NCBI RefSeq assembly: GCF_006345805.1
Contig: NW_021833791.1
Coordinates: 1 to 64,000, forward strand
DNA from: Octopus sinensis
Taxonomy: Eukaryota
Reading direction: 5' to 3'
DNA length: 64,000 nt
Position numbers and translations under genes: made by a program. Shown piece after piece: positions 12,718-25,154 of this stretch. The notes below the pieces were generated by a model. It saw only the letters and a program-made list of their open reading frames with translations, was not told the DNA's origin and searched no databases. Each line of letters opens with the position of its first letter. Position 1 is the first letter of the stretch.

Positions 12718-13526
12718 TAGATAGATAGATAGATAGATAGATAGAGATAGATAGATAGATAGATAGATAGATGATAGATAGATAGATAGATAGATAGAGA
12801 TAGATAGATAGATAGATAGATAGATTTATATTTATATATAATAACAACTGATGGATAAAGGTTCACTACAGCTGTTTGTAATGTGTTTTTATTGAGGAAC
12901 AGAACTGTAACATCATGCAAAAGAAAAACCCGTTTTCATCAGGCGAAATGTGTCAAAATTAACAATTACAGTTTCTCATGAAAATTAACATAGAGGCATG
13001 TGACTCGACGATTCCAATGTCGATCATAGTGGGAAGGACTGAGATAGTATTAAGCTTATGGTTAGGAGATCGTTTCGTGGCTGGAGAGAGAAAGAAAGAA
13101 GAAGAAAAGAGGAATACAGGAGAATAAAGGATGGAAGGATGAGAGAAAGACTAATGCGAGGGAGAAAAAGAAGATAATGCATTATCCTTCTATCCTTTAA
13201 AGCTTATTAATAAAATTATCTTAGTTTTAGTAGAGTTGAAAGAAGAACGAAGACGCACGCACATTTCGATAGATACCTTATATATTTGTTATATTTCTGT
13301 AACTTTTAATAATTTATAACCCTATTACCATTTATATTTCATATGTATTGTAGAAAACTCATATATTTCATATTCTACATCACATACCAAATCGTATATT
13401 TCTGGAATAAATATGCATGTGTATATGTGTATATCTCTATCTAGGGTCTGAAGAAGCGCAATAAAACTAAGCACTTCATGGACATGAAACCCAGGGTAAC
13501 CCCATATAGCAGCCATATCTAACTTA

Positions 13527-13608
<82 letters not shown>

Positions 13609-14469
13609 GAGAGAGAGAGAGTGTGTGTGGTTGTATACTGTCAACATAACGTGACAGTCCCGTATGGGAATTACGTCACCGCTGTTTAGCCCTAGGAAGC
13701 ATCGAACGCTTCCTGTCGGCTTTGACACATTTCCTGTGTCCTTATATTTGTGAAGGGGAGGCAAGCACCCCCACCAGCCAAGATTCACACCTGAGGACAT
13801 GGATGTATATATATACACACACACACACACACCACACACAAATACACATACATATGTATATATATATATCTTCTACACTTAATAAAACGTTGAAATAAAA
13901 TGAATAAATAGAAAGCTTTAAAAACACCTGAAACACGTAAATATGCCTGTTAGCTTATATACATTAACGCATCACACTAACATATTGAGATATATCCGGC
14001 TTTATGTTTCCTCTGTTACAATTGTTATTGCATGTACTTAATGTGACCGTAAGTCCATTCTCAAATGCTATTCATAATACATGTTAGTGGTAGCGGTTGA
14101 AGTAATATAAGAGGTGTTAGTAATAGCAGTAGTGGTGATGGTGGCGGCGATACTCCTTGTTGTTTAGCTCCAGGTTAAACTTAAATCAAGTAGATCTATG
14201 ATCAAAAGCATCCCAGCTATAATCATCTTTACCCTTTTTAGGGTCATATCTAACACTATATTATCTACCTGTAATATGTACTTCTTTTTTTGTTATATAT
14301 TGGGTATGATTTGGAAGAAATTTAGCTGCAATTTCTAGAGTCTCTCTTTTTAGCATGAGTTGTCACTGTAGTTATCATTGTTGTTAGCTCAGATCAAACC
14401 TATTTGAATAGAGCCTTGAGCAGAGGCAGTTCAGCCATGACCAGCCCATTCTTTATAGAAATAGGAATA

Positions 14470-14652
14470 TTCTTTTACTTTTATCAGTCATAGAACTGTG
14501 ATCATGCTGGGGTCTCTGCCTCAAAGAGTTTAGGTATTTGAATTGACTTCAGTGATCATTTTAAAGTCAGATACTTTTCCTGTTGATTTCTCTTGCCAAA
14601 GTGCTATTTCATGGAGGCAAAGACAATCCAATACTCATTGTCAAGCAGTGAT

Positions 14653-14660
<8 letters not shown>
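14470..14660 (-). mobile_element. Highly diverged SINE 3' body
   Basis: TCTTTTACTTTTATCAGTCAT..CATGCTGGG..TTGTCAAGCA resembles the reverse complement of the 49500-49720 body. Confidence 0.5.
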
Positions 14661-14683
<23 letters not shown>

Positions 14684-14716
14684 TTATTCACCCACAGCAA
14701 TGAGTGAATGATATTC

Positions 14717-14913
14717 TTAACCATTTAGCATTTAAACTGGCTGTATCTGGTTGAAATATCCTACATGCTTCATGTTAAAACTGGCAAGGTACGGCCTCTC
14801 ACACCTGCTCTACAATGTCATTATAAAAATATACAATTGCATCAAAATCTCCAAAACAATATTAATAAATAAGCATAATATTTAATAAAATAATTTGAAT
14901 GCTAAAGGGCTGA
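14717..14913. mobile_element. piggyBac-type MITE
   Basis: TTAA-CCATTTAGCATT at the left end and AATGCTAAAGGG-CTGAA at the right: decayed TIRs with a TTAA-like flank. Confidence 0.6.
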
Positions 14914-15355
14914 AAGACAATTTAGTATAATTAAACTTCCCTAAAAGTTCCAAATGAAGCGAGTCTAATTCTAAAAAACAATCTTTAAACATTTTGCATG
15001 GAAAAAAATCTTTTGAGGTAAATATATTGATGACTTGGAGAGAGAATAAGGATGAAATTCGTATTTAAGCATATCTCATTTATTTCAGAAAAAGCAATTA
15101 GTATAATTTAATTTTAATGAAGAGGAATCTAATACAGAATATCATTTCAAAATTAGTACAGTCAGTAAAAAAAAGTAAAGAAGTAAAAAGTGTTCAGACT
15201 TGAGGGTGAACTATAGCTATGCCTTTTTCTCTCTATTTATAGACAAGCAGACAGTGAATGATATTTTAAGGTTAATATACTGTTTCACAATCACTTCTAT
15301 GAACTCTACCTAATTCAGTTTTCTACCAAATTATATGTAGTTAAGTTCATTATAT

Positions 15356-15404
<49 letters not shown>

Positions 15405-15687
15405 CAGATGTATACAAAACAATTCAGAAGGATCTGAGTAAAGTAGTTTTGGGTTCATCATCATCATCATTTAACATCCATGTTCCATGCTGGCATGAGT
15501 TGGTCATGGTAATTAGACAGAACATAAGAAGTAGAAAGTTTACATTCTCAGGTATAATGACACAACAATAGATAATGCACATGTATTAAGAATTTCAAAC
15601 ACTTATATTTTATATATGTACAAATGAATTAATCATATTAATAACATCTCTCCTTCTTGCGTTATCTCCCACATCACTTTCCCAGTT

Positions 15688-16117
15688 TTCAGAGTTGGCA
15701 CTATAAATGTAGGCACATTGAAAAGCCGGTCTAGCGAGATTGCAGAGGTGCTTGAACAGAGACGTGTTGATGTATGTTGCGTACAAGAGTTAAGATAGAG
15801 AGGAGCTTCAGCCAGTCCTCACAGGCAAAGAACATAGGTATAAACTGTTTTGGAAAGGTAATAGTGACTGAATAAGGGATGTAGGCATACTTCTTGCAGA
15901 AACATAGGTGGATAAGGCCGTAGAGGTAGCGAGGGTGTGCGACAGAATACTTAAACTCAGGCTAGTCTTGCAGAATGGTATAGCTACAATTATCTCCGCC
16001 TATCCCCACAAGCGGGCCTACCAAATGAACAGAATTATCTCTTTTATGATATTCTTCTGCATGCTACCTCAAAGACGAATGATAATGATCTCATCTTTGT
16101 AGCTGGAGATTTTAATG
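15688..16117 (+). mobile_element. RTE-clade APE endonuclease fragment
   Basis: FRVGTINVGTL..DVCCVQE..YKLFWKGN..DRILKLRL..IISAY..FVAGDFN, with stops and frameshifts. Confidence 0.85.
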
Positions 16118-16633
16118 TTAACGGTTCCTCATGAAGATAATATGGACGCCGCACGGGCTCGAAAATTTAACTGTTATGTAAATCTCCTCGAGGAATGTGA
16201 AGATGCAGGCTGGAAAGCGGAACATTTTCCAATCGAAGTTGGACGTAGAGGGTTCGTTGGACACAGTGTGAGACGACTGTTGTTATCGCTAGGCCTAACT
16301 CATCATAAAGTTAATACCACCATGACCGATATCCAATCTACAGTGGGGAAGGCTAGCCACTGGATTTGGTTAAAAATAGACGATGAGCGATGGCTAAAAG
16401 GATATTGAGCTTAATTTGATAACCAGCTGATGTAGCAAGCGGGGCCTCATATCAGTGAGGGGGTGGGGCGGTGCGCATTGATTCCGTCGAGAAGTAGGCC
16501 CCGAAACGGCGTGCATTCTCTCCTGATGACCCCATACACTTGCTGGCTTCCGGTATACGGAGCTTTTGACTGGTAGCACTTGCACGTGCAAGTTGTTTGC
16601 AAGACATGTGTGGGTGATTATCACTGTTTGCAT
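16118..16633 (+). mobile_element. HERO-like RLE retrotransposon 3' end plus 3'UTR, followed by (TATG)n
   Basis: TVPHEDNMDAARARK..Y..L.EEC..AGW..FPIEVGRRGF..SHWIWLK, the C-terminus of the RLE domain. Stop at 16408, then a GC-rich UTR. Confidence 0.75.
16434..16544 (+). ncRNA. Candidate rearranged (non-circularly permuted) hammerhead ribozyme
   Basis: GUC (16486-16488), GAAA (16503-16506) and CUGAUGA (16523-16529) are all present. Stems: CCGU/ACGG, GAGA/UCUC, GGGGCCU/AGGCCCC and outer AGCAAG/CUUGCU. Confidence 0.55.
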
Positions 16634-16724
16634 ATGTGTATGTATGTATGTATGTATGTATGTATGTATGTATGTATGTATGTATGTATGTATGTATTAT
16701 GTATGTATGTATGTTTGTCTGCGT

Positions 16725-18647
16725 ATCCCTGAATCGACACCAAGAAATTCTACGAGGCGCTGAAAGCTGTTTATGGACCGCAGTCCTCCTTTGGATTAAC
16801 CCCTCTGCTCAGCTCGGATGGAACCTCACTCCTGACTAACAAGAGGCTGATCCTGGAGAGATCGGTGGAGCATTTCAACATCGTGCTCAACCGACCAGCC
16901 CAGATCAACGAGGAAGCCATCTCACGACTCCCCCAGGTGCCGACAAACCACGAGCTGGCTGTTCCCCCTCACCAGCCTGTTCTAGTCGATGTGAGACAGG
17001 GAACAACTCCCTCAAGATTTCCGGGACGCAACAATCGTCCACATTTATAAGCGGAAATGAGATCGGCAGTCCTGCGACAACCACCGAGGAATCTCCCTCT
17101 TGTCCATAGCAGGCAAGATCCTGGCCCGAGTCCTGCTTGACCGCCTTCTGGAACACTTGGAGCAAGGCCTTCTCCCTGAGAGCCAGTATGGCTTCCGCGC
17201 GGGTCGAGGGACCACTGACATGATATTCGCCGCCCGCCAGCTCCAGGAGAAATGCATGGAGCAGCACCTTGACCTCTGCATGACCTTTGTTGACCTCACT
17301 AGGGCTTTCGATACAGTCAGTCGGCAGGGACTCTTGAAGGTCATGGGAAAATTTGGTTGCCCCAGCGAATTTATTGCAATTGTCCGCCAGTTCCACGACG
17401 GAATAACAGCCAGAGTCCTTGAAGACGGCAGCTCATCTGAAGCCTTCCACGTGACCAACGGAGTCAGGCAGGGCTGTGTCCTGGCCCCAACACTGTTCAG
17501 CATCATGTTCTCGGCAATGCTGTCCGACGCCTTCAGGGACTGCAAGCCCGGTATCGACATCAAGTACAGGACGGACGGGAAACTTTTCAACTCCAGAAGA
17601 TTGCAGGCCGTCACAAAGGTAAGGGAGACAGTCGTCAGAGACTTTCTCTTTGCTGACGACTGCGCCCTTAACGCAATCGATGAGCAGAAGATGCAGCTCG
17701 GGATGGACAGGTTCTCATCAGCCTGTGACAACTTCGGTCTCACCATCAGTGCCAAGAAAACCGAAGTGATGTTTCAGCCAGCCCCCGGCAAACAATACCA
17801 TGAGCCTCAGATAAAGGTGAACGGACGGATCCTACGAGCGGTGGAAAACTTCACCTACCTGGGCAGTACTCTCTCCTGCAATGCCAACATAGATGCTGAA
17901 ATCATCAACAGAATCTCCAAGGCAAGCAGCGCGTTTGGGAGACCGCGAAAGAAAGTCTGGGAGCGGAGAGGAATCAGCCTCAACACCAAGCTGAAAGTCT
18001 ACTGGGCAGTCGTGCTTACCACCCTACTATACGGCTGCGAGACGTGGACTGCTTACCGAAGGCACGAGCGCCAGATAAACCACTTCCACCTCAGGTCTCT
18101 TCGGAACCTCCTTCACATCCGCTGGCAGGACAAAGTCCCAGACACGGAAGTTCTGAAGCAGGCAGATCTCCCTAGCACCATCATGATCATGCGCAAGGCC
18201 CAGCTGAGATGGGCGGGCCACGTCTCCCGCATGTCCGACACTCGCATCCCAAAACAGCTCTTCTACGGTGAACTCAGCCAGGGCAAACGCAAAGTCGGAG
18301 GGCAGAAGAAGCGCTTCAAGGACAGTCTCAATGTTTCTCTCACAGACTTCTCCATCGGCACAGAAACTTGGGAGACATTTGCTGCCGACCGCTCATCCTG
18401 GCGCAGCGCAATCACCAAAGGAGCAAAGACAGCCGAGGAGACGCGGATTCAGTCAGCAGAACAGAAACGCCAGATGCGGAAAGCCAGAGCCACCTGCACC
18501 AATAGCACAGCCCCTACCCACTTCTGCCCCACCTGTGGGAGGGGCTTCCTTGCCCAGATTGGCCTCACCAGCCACCTCCGGTCTCATAGCAGCAATTCCA
18601 CCAAATGATGTCAATGGTCATCTTCGAACCCGAAGGACGAACATTAT
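16725..18647 (+). mobile_element. 5'-truncated RTE-BovB-like LINE, relatively young
   Basis: Linker DTKKFYEALKAVYGPQ, an internal deletion near 16970, RT domain, C-terminal zinc finger and a short structured 3' end (TCTTCGAACCCGAAGGA). It sits between (TATG)n tracts and is visibly GC-richer than the flanks. Confidence 0.9.
17100..18608 (+). CDS. Reverse transcriptase + C2H2 zinc finger of the RTE-BovB-like element (open but 5'-disabled)
   Basis: 502-aa ORF with QYGFRAGRGTTDMIF, FVDLTRAFD, GVRQGCVLAPTLF, LFADD and CPTCGRGFLAQIGLTSHLRSH. An in-frame TGA lies just upstream (YKRK*DRQSCDNHRGISLL). Confidence 0.85.
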   Translation: MSIAGKILARVLLDRLLEHLEQGLLPESQYGFRAGRGTTDMIFAARQLQEKCMEQHLDLCMTFVDLTRAFDTVSRQGLLKVMGKFGCPSEFIAIVRQFHDGITARVLEDGSSSEAFHVTNGVRQGCVLAPTLFSIMFSAMLSDAFRDCKPGIDIKYRTDGKLFNSRRLQAVTKVRETVVRDFLFADDCALNAIDEQKMQLGMDRFSSACDNFGLTISAKKTEVMFQPAPGKQYHEPQIKVNGRILRAVENFTYLGSTLSCNANIDAEIINRISKASSAFGRPRKKVWERRGISLNTKLKVYWAVVLTTLLYGCETWTAYRRHERQINHFHLRSLRNLLHIRWQDKVPDTEVLKQADLPSTIMIMRKAQLRWAGHVSRMSDTRIPKQLFYGELSQGKRKVGGQKKRFKDSLNVSLTDFSIGTETWETFAADRSSWRSAITKGAKTAEETRIQSAEQKRQMRKARATCTNSTAPTHFCPTCGRGFLAQIGLTSHLRSHSSNSTK

Positions 18648-20316
18648 TATGTATGAATGTATGTATGAAAATTATTTTGAGATTTTGAAAAAGAACGTCT
18701 GAATCCTTCGTTCTTTCACTTTGCAGCTAGCAACCATGGCAGTTTAATTATATATGCATGAATGCATACATTTATGTATGTATGTATGTATGTATGTATG
18801 TATAGGTACGTATGTATGTATTTGTACGTAGGTATTTATGTGTGTATGTTTGTATGTATATATCTCTGTAACTATATATGCACGTGTGTATGTTTGTGAT
18901 TTGCTGTCTCTTTTCAATATTGACCGGGCAGCTACATATTATCAAGGTTATAAAGAAAAGTTTCTAAATTTAACTGAAAATATGTCCCATGCAATCAGTA
19001 ACCCCTAAAATGTTTTCAGACTGCTAGGGCTTCACTCTATCTTTCGCTTATTAATGATTTCCTATCAATGTCTCGTTTTTGGATTTCAAATGCTTTGCCT
19101 TCGAATTGCGATGTGATGTGGCGGAGACTTTCATTTAATTAGAAATATCTGCTAATCAAAACATTGTATACCCTGTGGCTACAGCTTCCAACAATTATAA
19201 TTCCGTTAATTATCTTTTCCTGTTACTCATCTCTCTAACCCTCAACAGGCTCGACAGCGATAAAACGTATTTCTGAGCAATATCTTAATAATAATTATCG
19301 ATGTTAAGTCTGTATGTCAATATTTACGAATACATTTACGCCTGCATGAGCACACACACACACGCATATATATGCATGACAAATTCCGATAAACACAAGG
19401 CTAGATTGTTCGTTCCAACTTACGTTTCACTATTCTAGTTCTTTGCGACACTGCATTGGATGTTTCAAGTGGAATGGATTCTTAACAACAACGGATCATC
19501 AGGGAACATCTTACTGCATTACGTTATATACGCCTAATGTCTTGAGTTGGGCAGATAGCATAACAGGGTTTGGGAGGTAAATATATGAATCAGACACACA
19601 AACACTCACATACACACACACATACACACACACACACGCACACACACACACACACTTACAAACACACACACACACTGAAGCTCATACAAACAAGTATGCA
19701 GCGACATTCAATATCCTTATTGTCGCTCGTAATTTACGTAACATGCAGTTTTGATTTAGTTCTTTGTATTCCATTTGAGATTCTTGCTCACGTTCTCAAT
19801 TAATCGATGAATCATGTTCTGCTCTATTTTGAACAAACCTACACGTTGTATTATTATTTTTTCTTCCTTATTCAATGAATAATCACAAATATCTTTGTAT
19901 AGAAATCAACTTCTGTCTGGACAAACGATATTTCAGCAAAGAAGCATTAAACTATATTCACGATAAGGTACGTAAGGGAATATTAGGGTGTGGATTTAGC
20001 TATAAGCATTTAAAATCCTTTTCACTTTAATACTATGATACATTGGTTGTTAGCTGCAAAGTGAAACAAGGATGACAAATATCATAATAGGTTTGGACAT
20101 GTAAATATATAAATAAAACACACACACATACACACACACATACAGATACAGGCACGCACTCACATATGTGCACATTCTCTCACGCATAAATCCACGTTCA
20201 TTCTCCTTTATCTCTCTCGGAATTCATGTACCACGCAGATTTATTTAATATGTTTGTATTCGATTTGAAATGTTTGTTGAAATTCTCATAAATACCCTGC
20301 CCTATTTTAAACATAC

Positions 20317-20374
20317 CCAGGCGTTGCCATGTAACATCAATCCTTAGGAACGAGAAATGCAGCAACAAAGTCAT
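20317..20374 (-). CDS. Putative signal-peptide-like exon (MTLLLHFSFLRIDVTWQRL-G) ending at a phase-1 GTATGT donor
   Basis: Hydrophobic run followed by GTATGT (20311-20316). The paralog at 32940-33009 keeps LLLHFSF and the donor. Confidence 0.3.
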
Positions 20375-20944
20375 TAGCAATAAAGTTTAGGTTGAACATA
20401 TTTTCATAAGTATACACGTACTTGCCGTGATCCCTATCTACCTAACTATATACATGCACACACGCATATGCATACATACACACATACATGCATACATGCA
20501 TACATAGATACATACATATTACATGCATTCATACATACATAAATACCTACCTACATGCACACATACATGCATACATACATGCATATATATGTATACACTT
20601 TATTTTGTTTGTGCTCGTCTTTGGGTGTCTAAGCGACCTTCTATTTGGGTATATGTGTATATTTGTATAGATCTATCTTTTTCTCCCTGAAACATATATA
20701 TATATATATATACTAGCTGAAGGTGATCCGCTCTACGTGCGGATAAGTGTGTGGTTGTTACTTTCTGAGTAAAATATTTAAAAATCGAATTAAAATTACA
20801 CTTCGATCGTTGTATAAAACTGTAGATGAACTGTTTACGAAGCATAATCACGTGTTTTCACGAATGTAATAAAGAGATTTGCTCTGATATTCTCATTTAA
20901 ATATAAATAGGTAAATACGGTAAATACATATGTATGTGTTTGTG

Positions 20945-21135
20945 TATATGTTTGCGTGTCTGTGTTTGTCCCCCCAACATCGCTTGACAACCGTAACTTA
21001 GCGGTTCGGCAAAAGACCCCGATAGATTAAGTACTAGGCTTACAAACAATAAGTCCTGGTGTCGATTTGCTCGACTAAAGGCAGTGCTCCAGCATGGCAG
21101 CAGTCAAATGACTGAAACAAGTAAGCGAGTAAAAG
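20945..21135 (+). mobile_element. SINE 3' body
   Basis: GTTTGTCCCC..GCTTGACAACC..CTCCAGCATGGC..ACTGAAACAAGTAA..GAGTAAAAGAG. Confidence 0.85.
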
Positions 21136-21687
21136 AGTAAAATATTTAAAAATAAAATCATGTTAAGAGAAATAGTAAAGACACAAATAAGAAATAAATA
21201 AATGAATAAAAAAAATAAATAAATAAATACTCTCTAAAATATAAAGTAGACGAGAGACAGAAAGTAAGTGGTGAGAAGGAAAAAGTACATGAAAGAGGGA
21301 GGGGAAGAAAAAGGATTATAAAAAGGGTATCTTTGGAAATGGTCAGTCTGTGAATTGATTGACAGAGAGCATTAGCAGCTGGAAAATAAATATAAATAGA
21401 ATTATACCCGAATATATGAATAATAGTAGGGTATGATCATACAGGGCAAAAGTACCGGAAGGTATATTTCAATGTTGCAAAAGGACTAAATCGTAACACG
21501 TATATATATATATAAAACTGAAATGCATTTTTACCGTTTGGCTCGCTTTCAATGCCACAACGTCCGGTCCGATTCGCTCTAGAATTTACAGGGGCATGTA
21601 GAATGAGGTGACGATATGTATATATAATATATATATAATGTGTGCTTTATGTGGTCCGTCGGTTCAGCTAAAAATATGCACTCCTAT

Positions 21688-22575
21688 GAACCCTTTCGTT
21701 ACTAATTTCTGACCAAAATACAATACACCTTGTGTTTCAATTATTTCTAACATAAACATAATTTACTTTGGTTTCATTAAACAACTATAACATTTTTATT
21801 TATCAATATTTCAATGTGATTTTTGGAAGATAATTTAATGAAATGTTCTCAAACAATTCTATACTATAATTTTTTTCACAAAGTGACTCTAATTGCAGGT
21901 AGATACAGGTAATTCAATAAAATATGAAATTATTAAATTTTTGTTCAAACATCGCTATAGAAAATGGATTATTAGCTAATATTCAATTGGGTATACAACA
22001 AAATTTTACGATAGAATTTGTTATTCTGGGTAACTTTCTGATACCCATAATAATATCTATGGCAAAATATCTTAATTTCATTTAAGATTGTGGGAAACCA
22101 CTAACTATCCTTTCTTTCGCTTTGTTTACGTTTAGCGTAACGGTTCGTTTCCGCCATAATGATTTCAAATAGGCTCATTCGAAAAAGTAAAAAGAAATAT
22201 TCTAAGGCTTTACTCTTCTGGGAAAGTCTGTGGCTTGGTCCTTTCCTCCTCAAAAAATCAAGGAAAGAAACAGTTTTTCAATTTTCACTCCATTCAGGTG
22301 CCAATTCATTTTCTTTATCGCAGTCGGAGCTCTCGGATTCACTGTTTTCACTTTTGGAAAATGAAACATCAGATTCATTATCAAATACCACGTGCTGTTT
22401 TTTTTTTCAGTCATAGAGTTAGATTTATCAAAGTCTTCAGTTGAAAATCCTTCGAATTCTGACTCGCCGCTTGATATGATGAAATTCGTATCCATTTTTA
22501 GTCAGAATTACAAATTTTGAAAACACAATAGGAACAAATTTGTGAAAAAAATTTCCCAAAATTCACGGAATTTAA
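21688..22575 (-). mobile_element. piggyBac-derived internally deleted remnant
   Basis: Acidic N-terminus SSGESEFEGFSTED..DNESDVS..EWS at 22160-22495 and a TGAA-CCCTTTCGTTAC TIR-like end at 21688. Confidence 0.4.
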
Positions 22576-23729
22576 ATTACACTTCGATCGTTGTACAAAA
22601 CTGTAGATGAACTGTTTACGAAGCATAATCACGTGTTTTCACGAATGTAATAAAGAGATTGCTCTGATATTCTCATTTAAATATAAATAGGTAAATACGG
22701 TAAATACATATTTTGTGGTGTAGTTAGATGAAAAGTTAATAAAAACAATATTGTTTTTTAAAATCGGAATAGAGTGTCGAAACTACAGGGAGAAACTACA
22801 AATTATAGATTTTTAAATGGAATTGATTAACATTCCTAAGAGTTCACAGATAACGAAGCAGCTGTTACATCATTTCTGCAAAAGTTCGAAAGCATTTGAT
22901 CAGGGATCAGAAAATTAGCCAAAGGTTTGAGGATAAACAAAAAAATAATCAAAAACAGATACATACCAATGCCAACTTCGATTCTGTTCATCTAAGCCGA
23001 ACTGTTCAATGCAAATACTTTTAGTATAATGGTGCGGTCTAAACCTGGCGCCCACACATTAAATAGTAAAGCGCATTGAAGTATAAAAGAGGTCATACTG
23101 ATTTTAAAGAAAAGACGATAAGCTTAAACCGAAAGACAAATCTATTTGTCAGGAGGCCGTCACTGCTGCAATTTGCCACTCCTATATAAAGATCATACAA
23201 TGCATTCTAATCGTGACAAAACTTATGAATACACTAATACGACAATTAAAATAGGCGCCTCCCAGATTTTATGAAACTTTTTATTTACTGACTCGGTCAA
23301 ATGAGAAATTTTTTATACATACGTAATCCAATATACATTCATGTAGACATCCATCCGTACATCCATCCGTACATCCATCCATTCATCCGTTCATATATAC
23401 ATACATACATATATACATACACACATACATGCATACATATATACATGCATACACACATACATAACACATGCTTATATACATAGATACATAAATTTATGGA
23501 TACATATGCATATATAAATACATGAATGCATACGTATATATATACATACGTACATGCTTATATATATACATACATACATGCATACATACAGACATACATG
23601 CATAATCTTTTAACCACCAAATGTCTACGTGCATCTCTTGACCAGGTTTGCATATATGAGGCTAAGATCATAAGACTTGGAAAGCGGCTCCTTGAGCAGC
23701 ATTTCTAGTCTGATAAGCTTAAATACATA

Positions 23730-24560
23730 TCAAAAAAGCCGCACGACTCTACTACGGTATGTCATCAGATGAAAAGATGAGCGCATATCAGCAGAAGCCC
23801 ATGCATGTATATGTGAGTAGGAAGCACTGAGATAATAGTAACATTTGTCATTAAAGCAGTCTATTATAGACCAGCAAACAGATTCCTACTTCCCACCTTG
23901 ATTTGAAGGGTATGCGGTTGCAATCCAGGGATATGAAATATCAACCAAATATACGATGCACAAAAGAAGAGAGATACATGAAAAGCAGTAATATATGACA
24001 ACCTATGCAGTTGTTCGAAAATGTCATCACAGTATTAGCTACCGATGAGATATGATGTAGTAGCTAGGACATTGTATATAACGAGTTCCGTCGGAAGCAT
24101 AAACCCGAGAACAAAGAATAACCCACGGTATGGTAGACTCCATATCCACTTATAATAAAAAGGAGTACAGGTGAAATGCTCCACTGGAAAACTCAATAAA
24201 TTATAAACATATACCTGGTATAATCATTTGGGATAGAGAAGAGAACTGTGTATAGTTGTGGAAGTCAACTCCCCTGCAGATGTTAACATAAAGCCGAAGA
24301 GAAGCGAAAGAGAAAATACGCTGAAAAATAAAATGCCTACGCAAAATCTGCAGTTACTCTAATCAGATTACAAGTTCGTGTTTATACCTGTAATTATTAG
24401 GGCACTGGTATATGTAACACAATGCTTAAATACCAATCTTGAGTAATTGGACTTCTCAAACTCAGAAAGAAGAAAGCTAATTCGAAGACTACAGATCCAA
24501 GCAATCAATGGAACTCTAAATATCTTATAAAATTTTCCAGAGGCTTATCATTTAAGTGTA
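23730..24560 (+). mobile_element. Degraded RLE non-LTR retrotransposon 3' region
   Basis: Frameshifted EGYAVAIQ, PMRYDVVA, IIWDREE..VVEV..PADVNI and FIPVIIRALG motifs. Confidence 0.65.
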
Positions 24561-25154
24561 TATGAGTATGTCTAGATATGCAAGTATATGCATTGGAATA
24601 CATACATAAAACAAAACATACAAATTTGCACATACACAAATATTTGATTTATATTTTTGAAATTCAAATGAAGAAGAATTGGTTCTGGGTTAGAATCCGG
24701 CTCCTCTATTGTCACGAAAGCTTGAAATAAAACTGAATAAAACTGAATACTGGCGTACATACATAAATACTTGCATACATACATAAATAGATATATATGC
24801 ATACACACATGCTTGCATACATACATACATACATACATACATACATACATACATACATACATACACAAAAGACACAAATCTGTACGTATACATATATACA
24901 TACACACAAACAAATCCTGTTGTTGATGCTAAAATTACAATGAAAGAGCCTTGGATTTTTGTTAGGAAACCGGCCCTTTCACTTTTTGGCAAGAAATCTT
25001 GAAATAAAACTGAATAAGGACATACGTACATTCTCAAAGGCTACAGAGCTGCAGTTTGGCCAGAATAATGTTGCTACATGATTGTGAAATGAGGGAAACT
25101 GTAAGCAAGACTAGCAAAATCTCCAACACTGACTTAACGGTTTCCTCTATATCT

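Noticed and set aside
17045-17755. 236-aa minus-strand ORF
   Set aside because: It is the antisense shadow of the RT frame, with no independent motif. The same applies to the plus-strand ORFs over element A.
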